From: Methanomethylovorans hollandica DSM 15978 | Lineage (GTDB): Archaea > Halobacteriota > Methanosarcinia > Methanosarcinales > Methanosarcinaceae | Assembly: GCF_000328665.1 (NCBI RefSeq) | Contig: NC_019977.1 | Location: forward strand, 682,001-746,000 | Reading direction: 5' to 3' | DNA length: 64,000 bases | In this document: piece after piece, positions 8,850 to 16,769 of the stretch | How the letters are laid out: the number at the start of each line of letters is the position of its first letter | Position numbering within the stretch: position 1 is the stretch's first letter | The notes under the pieces: generated by a model | Told to the model about the DNA's origin: nothing | Seen by the model: only the letters and a program-made list of their open reading frames with translations | Databases searched by the model: none | Position numbers and translations under genes: made by a program

Positions 8850-8950
8850 TAGAGAGCCACGGGGATGTTCGCAGCACCCCCGATAAGCTCAAAACCGCGA
8901 GTGTTTTAACTCTACGTTTGCCTCCTGGGCAATATAGGGTTTGCCTATAT
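8850..8950 (+). ncRNA. candidate structured cis-regulatory RNA upstream of the replication genes
   Basis: TAGAG/CTCTA closing CGGGG..TGT-loop TCGCA-GCA..CCCCG and AAAAC-CGCGAGT-GTTTT; then TTGCC/GGCAA and ATATAGG/CCTATAT hairpins. Confidence 0.45.
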
Positions 8951-9034
8951 GATTATAAGATTAGTATAGGTGCATAAATACATTTTGCGTGTTTTTGGGT
9001 GTGGTTCTCGTCTCGAAAAAAAGAGATGAGATAT

Positions 9035-9295
9035 ATGATAAACAAAAATAATAATGATGTTGGGCCTAGGCACGACCCAACTATAGAGAACTGTGCTACA
9101 CTATATAGAAACGACTCACAGGTTTATAATACTAATCCTTCTGTTTCGGATGACTTGCAGCAGTTGAGAAACGAGTCAGTGATTAGGGATTTTGCCAACG
9201 TTACCCCAGATACATACGCGTTGATCAAGGCTACTAATCCTACTCTTTTAATGTTCGTGAATCTCGCTAAAAAGATCATGGAGGCAGTGGGATGA
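9035..9295 (+). CDS. hypothetical protein coupled to the primase (ATGA overlap)
   Basis: ORF whose stop overlaps the primase ATG; start uncertain. Confidence 0.5.
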   Translation: MINKNNNDVGPRHDPTIENCATLYRNDSQVYNTNPSVSDDLQQLRNESVIRDFANVTPDTYALIKATNPTLLMFVNLAKKIMEAVG

Positions 9296-10341
9296 GCACG
9301 AATGGCGGGGTCACTGTCCAGGAGATAAAGGACAAGTTGGATATTGTCCAAGTATTCAAAAAATACGGGCACTCGCTTAAAAAAGAAGGGAGTGAATATA
9401 AAGGTTCAATCTCTGCAACTTCGAAAAGTGGGAAATCCCTACACGTCAACCCAGATAAACAGGTATACAATGATTTTGCAGGCCATGCCGGGGGCGGGGA
9501 TGTACTCGATGCTATTGCATACTGTGAAGGTCTTGATATTAGAAGTGACTTCCCACAGGTCCTTAAGATCGCTGCAGATATGGCAGGCATTGAGCTACAC
9601 GACAGCGGCATAGATTATGACATTGTTGCAGAAAAAAGAGAGCTTCAGCGGTTGTATAAGATCGCATTCAAGTATTACCACGGCTGCCTACCTGAAAAGG
9701 GACTGGAATACATCCGGGGCAAGTGGGGAATACCGGATAAGACCATAGACGAGCAGTTGATTGGGTGGGCTCCAGATAATAGCCATCTGTCACAGGTCCC
9801 AGAAATTAAAGACAACTTTCCCGAGGAGTTATTGATAAAATCCGGCTTGTTCTACTGCAATGGTGATGGCAAGCTAGTCGATATCTACAGAGGAAGAATT
9901 GTATTTCCATACTGTAAGAACGGGGAAATAGTCTACTCCATTGGCAGAGATCCAAAGTGGGATGAAGACAGGAGCCGAAAGAAGTTCATAAAACAGCTGG
10001 TACACTCTGAGAAGCATCCTTATGTCAGTCGGGCTGTTGAAAATGTCTTATTTGGTCTGGATTCCATCAAAGGCAAAGACATGGTCTACATTACCGAGGG
10101 TATTGCAGATGCTATAGTGCTACTGCAGGCGGGGCTACCCGTACTTAGTCCGGTCACGGTTCGGTTTAAGGAATCCGATATCGAACAATTGGTTTCATCT
10201 TGCAGGGGTAAGAAATTAGTCAAGATCATCAATGACAATGAAACCAGTGAGAGCGGTCTTAAAGGTGCAATTGATACAGCGAAAGCCCTTGAATCGGCTG
10301 GAATACGGGCAGAAATAATCATTTTGCCTTTGGAGGGGTGA
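9292..10341 (+). CDS. DnaG-type primase (degenerate zinc-binding domain, RNA-polymerase core, TOPRIM)
   Basis: GGDVLD, IGWAP, YRGRIVFP, SIGR, LFGLD, VYITEGIADAI, INDND..G motifs. Confidence 0.9.
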   Translation: MSTNGGVTVQEIKDKLDIVQVFKKYGHSLKKEGSEYKGSISATSKSGKSLHVNPDKQVYNDFAGHAGGGDVLDAIAYCEGLDIRSDFPQVLKIAADMAGIELHDSGIDYDIVAEKRELQRLYKIAFKYYHGCLPEKGLEYIRGKWGIPDKTIDEQLIGWAPDNSHLSQVPEIKDNFPEELLIKSGLFYCNGDGKLVDIYRGRIVFPYCKNGEIVYSIGRDPKWDEDRSRKKFIKQLVHSEKHPYVSRAVENVLFGLDSIKGKDMVYITEGIADAIVLLQAGLPVLSPVTVRFKESDIEQLVSSCRGKKLVKIINDNETSESGLKGAIDTAKALESAGIRAEIIILPLEG

Positions 10342-10344
10342 GAT

Positions 10345-12876
10345 ATGGCAAAGATAGACGTTGCCGAGTACATGCTAACCCATACAAAGGAAGAACTTGA
10401 AGGGCTGCCGGGTGTCGATGTATGGACTAAATTATTATCAATGGAACCCGTTCCAGAATCACCACAGGATAAAGTAAGGGCGTTTAAAAACTTCATTTTT
10501 GAACACCTTGTTGACATGGATCCGGTGGAGCGGGCGGTGTTCTGCAGGGAGAACGGAAAGAATCATTTCGGCCTGACAAAGGGCGATATTAATACAATAC
10601 TGAAAGGTGTTACTTTCAAATCCGGGGATGGTCGCTATTTTACCGGTGACGGTTCTTTTATTCCGTCGAAATTATCTGAAGACCTACAGCAGAAACACAA
10701 ATTCATTACAACACCTCAAGGAAAATGGGTTTATCACCCGGATACCGGCTGCTATCAGATGGATGGAGAAGAACTGATCCGGCGCGAGACACGGGATGCG
10801 CTTGGGATACATAGCAATGAACACTATGGTAATGAAGTGGTTTATGACATTTCAATCAGTACGCGCAAGGATGCAGACGTATTCAACGGAAACTCACAAT
10901 ATGTGAACCTGCAGAATGGATATATTAACATATCCAGCGGGGAATTTTTCGAGCATTCGCCCAATGTTTATTTTACATACGCACTGCCTTTCAAGTACGA
11001 CGCTAGAGCGGAATGTCCGCAATTTGAAAAGTTTCTAAACGTGGCGGGCATTGATAGAATAGATGCATTAGAACTTATTGCCTACTGCTTAGTACCTGGG
11101 TATCCGATCCATTCTATACACGTCCTCATAGGGGACGGGGGGAACGGGAAGGGGACGTTTATAAGACTCCTAACCCGTCTGTTGGGTCCAGAAAATACCA
11201 CATCATACACAATGCAGGAACTTGCAAAGGACCCATACGCAAAGGCCGGACTATATGGCAAACTGGCTAACCTATGCGGAGACATGCCCGGCAACCGAGT
11301 AGAGGACACAGCGACCATCAAAAGCCTATCCGGGGGGGACAAGATAACAGCAAGGAATATCTACGGCAAGCCTTTCGATTTTATCAACGGGGCTAAGCAG
11401 ATATACAGTATGAACCAAATGCCGGAATATGACGACAATACCGACAGCACCTATAGACGACACAATATTATTCTTTTTAAAAATCTGGTTGAAGGCGCTA
11501 CCGAGGGGTTCAATGAAGAAGCACTTGCTGAAGAGATACCGGGAATATTCAATCAGGCACTCCATGTTTTGCCGGACCTGTTGAAAAGAAAGAAGTTCAG
11601 TGTATGGAGAAGCATAGAAGAAACAAGAAGCCTCGTGCAGATGAAGAGCAACAGCGTTGCTGCATTCCTTGCCACATGTGTGACGGTCGGCGACGGAGAA
11701 ACCACTGTCCAGGATGCATATACAGCATATACTAAGTTTTGTGTTGAAAACGGGGAAACCCGGGTAACAAATACTGTTTTTGGAAGGCGTCTTAAAAAGC
11801 AGCATCCCGACGATATACAGAGGGTTCCCAAAATCACGGCGGGGGTTAGGACATTTTATTATGTGGGAATATCACTGAACCCGGGATATAAAAATCTTTC
11901 AGCATTTGTGGTTGATACGGAATATTTTAAGAAGCACTGTAATAATTTGGATAAGTGCGACACAGCAGAGACACCGATCGACACAGCAAACACCGCAATC
12001 GACACAGCAAAGACACAGATAAATAATCTGATTTTTCAACAGCATGAGACTGAATTGCCTATAAAAGACACAGATAACTCTACTATATTTAATAATAGAT
12101 CAGAAAACAAAACAGATGTACCTAATGTTTGTTCTGGCGTAGTAGAGAGGAATGCAGAGTTTGCTGTGTCTGATGGAGAAAACACGGCGGCTGATAATGA
12201 AAGTGCTGAAAATCATCTGTGTCTTTGCTGTGTCTGGGACCCGGCTGATAGTGTTTTATCTGTGTCTGATGTATCCGGCTGGATAGACGACTGGGAAAAG
12301 TCCAACGGTCCAATCTATGGAAAGAAGGCCATCCAGGCAGCACAAGACATCTGCAAGAATCATAGGGTACATTCAACCGAGTATAGCTATGTGGAGGCAG
12401 CTGTCAAGAAGAGGGCGGCTGTAACGACTGAGAAAAATGATGCCAAGGAAACAGATCCCAAACTGATCTTTGAGGCAGTTGAGAAAAGATCTAAGGGTCG
12501 TTGCCTAGATTGTGGGGTAGATACTCACCTTAATGAGGAGATAGGCAAGGGGTATAGGTGTAAACAATGCCATGATGTTTACTCTAATCCTCCTCCTGTG
12601 GTGATTCCTGAGGAAATCAGCCTGGAACCTGCAGATAGTGAAAACACAACAGTAAGTTACTGTAAGGAACCAGGCATACCCTTACAAGATTCTGTAAGGA
12701 AATACTGCAGAGACTGGGAACCAGTCAAAAAGGCAAGTATCAATTCTCAGAACTATATGGATGTTGTCACCGATTACCTGAAAGGTTACATACTTTCTGA
12801 GGACATGCGTGGACCTATAGCGGCGGCGGTTATGATCTATGCCAAAATTCCACAACCGTTGGAGGTGACACCATGA
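10345..12876 (+). CDS. P4/D5-family SF3 replicative helicase with long C-terminal extension
   Basis: YVNLQNGYIN, GDGGNGKGT (Walker A), LYGKLAN, IKSLSGGDKITARNIY, SMNQMP, YRRH, FGRRLK. Confidence 0.9.
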   Translation: MAKIDVAEYMLTHTKEELEGLPGVDVWTKLLSMEPVPESPQDKVRAFKNFIFEHLVDMDPVERAVFCRENGKNHFGLTKGDINTILKGVTFKSGDGRYFTGDGSFIPSKLSEDLQQKHKFITTPQGKWVYHPDTGCYQMDGEELIRRETRDALGIHSNEHYGNEVVYDISISTRKDADVFNGNSQYVNLQNGYINISSGEFFEHSPNVYFTYALPFKYDARAECPQFEKFLNVAGIDRIDALELIAYCLVPGYPIHSIHVLIGDGGNGKGTFIRLLTRLLGPENTTSYTMQELAKDPYAKAGLYGKLANLCGDMPGNRVEDTATIKSLSGGDKITARNIYGKPFDFINGAKQIYSMNQMPEYDDNTDSTYRRHNIILFKNLVEGATEGFNEEALAEEIPGIFNQALHVLPDLLKRKKFSVWRSIEETRSLVQMKSNSVAAFLATCVTVGDGETTVQDAYTAYTKFCVENGETRVTNTVFGRRLKKQHPDDIQRVPKITAGVRTFYYVGISLNPGYKNLSAFVVDTEYFKKHCNNLDKCDTAETPIDTANTAIDTAKTQINNLIFQQHETELPIKDTDNSTIFNNRSENKTDVPNVCSGVVERNAEFAVSDGENTAADNESAENHLCLCCVWDPADSVLSVSDVSGWIDDWEKSNGPIYGKKAIQAAQDICKNHRVHSTEYSYVEAAVKKRAAVTTEKNDAKETDPKLIFEAVEKRSKGRCLDCGVDTHLNEEIGKGYRCKQCHDVYSNPPPVVIPEEISLEPADSENTTVSYCKEPGIPLQDSVRKYCRDWEPVKKASINSQNYMDVVTDYLKGYILSEDMRGPIAAAVMIYAKIPQPLEVTP
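11959..12267. repeat. iteron array / putative replication origin inside the helicase gene
   Basis: GACACAG(CA) at 11959, 11980, 12001, 12012, 12067; inverted copies at 12162, 12217, 12226, 12260; AT-rich stretch between the two groups. Confidence 0.75.
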
Positions 12877-13028
12877 GCACCACATTCCGGGATCTTTCCG
12901 AAGATCAGCTTTGCAGGATCCTCCAGGAAGCAGATCACATGTGTTATAGAGAAATTGCTGTAGAAATGGATGTGCCACTCGGGACAGTAAAGGGGGTACT
13001 CAGAAGAGCCAGGAGAAACCATGTGTGA
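12873..13028 (+). CDS. 51-aa helix-turn-helix protein, sigma-70 region-4-like (not in ORF track)
   Basis: MSTTFRDLSEDQLCRILQEADHMCYREIAVEMDVPLGTVKGVLRRARRNHV*; YREIA..M.VP.GTVK..L.RAR; GGAGGTGA RBS; ATGA overlap with the helicase stop. Confidence 0.75.
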   Translation: MSTTFRDLSEDQLCRILQEADHMCYREIAVEMDVPLGTVKGVLRRARRNHV

Positions 13029-13155
13029 AAATGCGGCTACTGTGCCCCATATCTGCATGAAAACTATGGAATTTTGCTCCCAGGAACGTTTATTCTTGTC
13101 GGGTGGTGTTCCTATCTACACACCCGAGAAAATGCCGTGGTGGGCTGGATATTAA
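13021..13155 (+). CDS. 44-aa hypothetical protein
   Basis: MCENAATVPHICMKTMEFCSQERLFLSGGVPIYTPEKMPWWAGY*; AGGAG RBS; overlaps the previous stop. Confidence 0.35.
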   Translation: MCENAATVPHICMKTMEFCSQERLFLSGGVPIYTPEKMPWWAGY

Positions 13156-13224
13156 TTCCTGGTGTGCACAAAACAGTTAAAGGGTTATAAATTCTTCATT
13201 AAAATAAGAGTCAGGTGTATAAAA

Positions 13225-13506
13225 ATGAATGACAACGAAAACAACAACGAGGAAAGCGTTTTACCGTCGGAACCACTCGACCGCAACCACCTATTAGACA
13301 TTTCGAGTAAAATGATAAAAGACATTTTTAACCGGACTAAGGGTAAGCGGTTCAGGCCAACAGAAGGCGACGCTGTTAAGCTGCAGTATCTAAGAATACT
13401 GATAAGTGCAATACAGGCACATAATGCCATTTTGAAGGATTCAGAACTTGATGACATTAAGAAAAGGTTAGATTCTCTCGAAGCTACAAAAACACCCCGG
13501 GAATGA
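13225..13506 (+). CDS. hypothetical helical protein
   Basis: ORF with AGGTG RBS, ending ELDDIKKRLDSLE coiled coil. Confidence 0.6.
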   Translation: MNDNENNNEESVLPSEPLDRNHLLDISSKMIKDIFNRTKGKRFRPTEGDAVKLQYLRILISAIQAHNAILKDSELDDIKKRLDSLEATKTPRE

Positions 13507-13805
13507 AAAAAATGACACTAGAAACCATCAAGAAGAGATTGTCCGAGCTTGAAACCGGCCACCCTGAGAAATGGGAAAGGGTATTGTCCTTGGACTACGA
13601 ACACTATGAAGATTTCCTTATAGCAGCAAAGGGGAACACTCATGAACTGGGTGTTATCGGCATTGTTCCACAGGCAGATGAACTAAGATCCTGCCTGTTA
13701 AGAATGGAATCGGCGGGCTGCTATGATGAAGAGCTTATTGAAACTGTGAGGAACCAACTTCATCAGCGTGAGGAAGAAGAAAAGTACAAAAAAGCAGCAT
13801 ATTAA
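13503..13805 (+). CDS. hypothetical protein
   Basis: ATGA-coupled ORF starting TLETIKKRLSELE. Confidence 0.6.
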   Translation: MKKMTLETIKKRLSELETGHPEKWERVLSLDYEHYEDFLIAAKGNTHELGVIGIVPQADELRSCLLRMESAGCYDEELIETVRNQLHQREEEEKYKKAAY

Positions 13806-13995
13806 AACAACGTCTAGTCGGGTTAATTGCCCCACTGTTTCCACCGTGGCTTTTTAGAATTTTGTAAAACAATCCAAGAAAAAGTTTTGTGGAGCCTGAT
13901 TAACGTATCGTGGGCGTACCTAACACAAATGAGCATAGCCGCTCTTAAACTTCGGCAGTTATTATATCTCTAAATGTGTTCATTGTCATTAATAG

Positions 13996-14805
13996 GTGAT
14001 AATATGCCAGCACCCCTCAGAAATAATAGAACTTGTAGGACGTTTTGATCAATATTATAAAAAATATACATCACCATCTTACAATGAAACACAAGTGAGA
14101 AGAGAATTCATTGATCCATTTTTCAAGTCACTAGGCTGGGATGTGGATAATACTCAGGCATACGATGAGAGGTATAAAGAGGTTATCCATGAGGATGCTG
14201 TAAAGGTGGGTGGCAAGACCAAAGCACCGGATTACTCTTTCAGGATCGGTGGGGTAAGGAAGTTCTTTGTTGAAGCAAAGAAACCGGCAGTAAATCTTAA
14301 AGAGAACCCAGAGCCTACATATCAGCTTCGCCGTTACGCATGGAGTGCAAAGTTGCCTGTAAGCATCCTTACGGACTTTGAGGAGTTCATTGTCTTTGAT
14401 TGCACACGGAAACCATCACCGAATGATAATTCTTCGCTTGGGCGCATTGAATACTATACGTATAAGGATTATATCCAAAAATGGGATGAGATAGCATCGA
14501 AATATTCAAAAAAGGCTGTCTTTACAGGTAAATTTGATGATCTTGCCGATAGCCTGTTGCAGAAGAAAGGCGGAAAGGGTACAGCAGGCATAGATGATGC
14601 CTTCTTGGCGGAGATCGAAGGCTGGAGGGAGGAACTTGCTAAAAACCTTGCTCTCAGAAATGCCAGTCTTTCAGTACGGGAATTGAACCTTGCAGTGCAG
14701 AAGATCATTGATAGAATTGTTTTTTTACGTATATGTGAGGACAGGGGGATTGAGAAGTAAGGCCAGCTAAAAACAAAAGCTGAAGGGAAGGATGTTTACA
14801 AAGGC
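13996..14805 (+). pseudogene. truncated type IIG (fused restriction-methylase) gene; only the N-terminal endonuclease part remains
   Basis: NETQVRREFIDPFF..LGWD, PDY..VEAK, ILTDFEE, IIDRIVFLRICEDRGIE; TAA at 14758-14760 followed in frame by GQLKTKAEGKDVYKG; no methyltransferase motifs follow. Confidence 0.8.
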
Positions 14806-15322
14806 CACTGGAGCAGTTTTCTTTTTTACTATATGCAACCATTTAGTACTTCATTAACTTGTCTGCTATCTACCACCACATTGAAGGGGTATAAAACATA
14901 TTTATCAACATAGCCTTATAAAAATAAAAAAAATTAAAGCCACACAATTATTTTATTATAGTTTAATATTTTGTAAATATCTTATGTTCTTGGTACAGGG
15001 AGATTTACAGCAAAATAGGGACAATGCTCACTATTCAGATACTCATTTTATGATTTGATGGGCTCTAGTCCACTTACATTATCAACAGCAGCTATGTACT
15101 CCATCACGATCTGCATATCCTTGCCCCGAATTGTCGAGAGCTTTAGCATATTTGAACATGTTGTGTATGCATAGGGTTTCTTCCTTAGTAAACCAATTAT
15201 CTTTGCCCATGCTTTCAATTAAGCTGATATTGTTTTATCATCAAACAGCAGGATAACGTAAAACATCAGCTAGCATACAAATACACTGAGGAAGCTAACC
15301 CAAGCAACTATCATGCATCATT

Positions 15323-16585
15323 TTAAGATTTTAGTGAACTTATTAATTTTCCAGTTGAATCATAAAGATAAGCTGTATCACCATCATCATTCCAAACATG
15401 TGCATTATCATCCTTTCCCCAATATAGGTCGGTTGCACTATTGGAACCTTTATTAAGATGAATAATCACCGAAGAACCTGAATTAAAACTAAATGATGGG
15501 AAAACATAATCATGGTTATTACCTTCATCTGTTAATTTCCATCCATTCATATTTACAGGAGATGGGCTCACATTTTTTATTGTAACAGTCTCACCTTTTA
15601 AATCTACATCTATAATTTCAACGGTTCCAACATTTGTGGTAGGTACAGTAGGCGTGGTAGGTACAATAGGTGTGGTAGGTACAATAGGTGTGGCAGGTAC
15701 AATAGGTGTGGTAGGTACAATAGGTGTGGTAGGTGAACTAATAGCATTAGCCCAATCACCAACTATAGGTTTTACACCGCTCCATCCCAGTCCAATTACA
15801 TTATAGTTTGCACCATTTTGGATAAGGAAATTATTTCCGGATGGATTGTATACACCGACTTCATCAATATTGTCACCATTCCAATCACCAACAATTGGAT
15901 TAGTTCCAGACCACCCAAAACCAAATACTTTTGCAGTAGCTGGGTTATTTCCTATAGCCCACTGTCCAGAAGAACTATCATAAACTCCAACATCATCTTT
16001 GTTATCTCCATTCCAATCACCAACTATAGGCTTTACACCTCTCCATCCCAGTCCAATTACATTGTAGTTTGCACCATTTTGGATAAGGAAATTATTTCCG
16101 GATGGATTGTATACACCGACTTCATCAATATTGTCACCATTCCAATCACCAACAATAGGGTTAGTGCCAGACCACCCGAACCCTACAATACGAATACCTG
16201 CTTCCGTATTGAGTGCCCATGTTCCTTTATTATCATAAACTCCAACGTCGTCATCTCCATCACCATCAAAATCTCCAACAACAGGTGTTACGCTGGCCCA
16301 GCCCAGCCCAATGACCTTATATCCATTAGTATCTTTAATTAAAAAATTATTACCGGATGGATTATAGATTCCGACGTCATTTTTACCATCACCATTCCAA
16401 TCACCAACAATAGGATTAGTTCCAGACCACCCAAAACCAAATACTTTTGCAGTAGCTGGGTTATTTCCTACGGCCCATTGACCGTTATCAAATACCCCTA
16501 CTTGATCAGCTGCTTGCACAAACGTGGGTAAAATTGTTAAAAGAATCAAACTCACAACTAATAATTTTAAATTGAAACTCCTCAT
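15323..16585 (-). CDS. secreted FG-GAP/VCBS-like repeat protein with Pro/Thr linker and lamin-tail domain
   Basis: Signal peptide; GDWNGD..DEVGVY repeats; PTTPIV repeats; E.V.I.N....V...GWKL.D...VWNDDGDTAYLYD lamin-tail pattern. Confidence 0.85.
   Translation of the reverse strand: MRSFNLKLLVVSLILLTILPTFVQAADQVGVFDNGQWAVGNNPATAKVFGFGWSGTNPIVGDWNGDGKNDVGIYNPSGNNFLIKDTNGYKVIGLGWASVTPVVGDFDGDGDDDVGVYDNKGTWALNTEAGIRIVGFGWSGTNPIVGDWNGDNIDEVGVYNPSGNNFLIQNGANYNVIGLGWRGVKPIVGDWNGDNKDDVGVYDSSSGQWAIGNNPATAKVFGFGWSGTNPIVGDWNGDNIDEVGVYNPSGNNFLIQNGANYNVIGLGWSGVKPIVGDWANAISSPTTPIVPTTPIVPATPIVPTTPIVPTTPTVPTTNVGTVEIIDVDLKGETVTIKNVSPSPVNMNGWKLTDEGNNHDYVFPSFSFNSGSSVIIHLNKGSNSATDLYWGKDDNAHVWNDDGDTAYLYDSTGKLISSLKS
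15640..15733. repeat. 18-bp tandem repeat encoding the PTTPIV linker
   Basis: GGTACAATAGGTGTGGTA repeated about five times with minor variation. Confidence 0.85.
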
Positions 16586-16769
16586 TACATCACCTATTTT
16601 ATATTTTTTTCCGATGTGTTAACATATATTAGTGAGACTATATCTTCTTTGCTGTAAAATATGATATTCATATACCTAATTAGAATACAGCATAACTAGG
16701 AAAATACAACACCATGAATCTATACGACTCCAAAGATTATTCTGTCCAGAGTGGTTTTAATAGACAAGT

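Noticed and set aside
10339..10341. Pyrrolysine or selenocysteine recoding of the primase stop
   Set aside because: The codon is TGA, not TAG; the position is not a catalytic Cys site and no SECIS-like element was identified.
13918..13968. Integron attC-like site (ACCTAAC...GCCG/CGGC...GTTATTA)
   Set aside because: Single copy, right end does not fit GTTRRRY, poor internal symmetry, and no integron integrase.
15040..15220. Possible small minus-strand ORFs after the lamin-tail gene
   Set aside because: Short frames with no recognisable motif or RBS.
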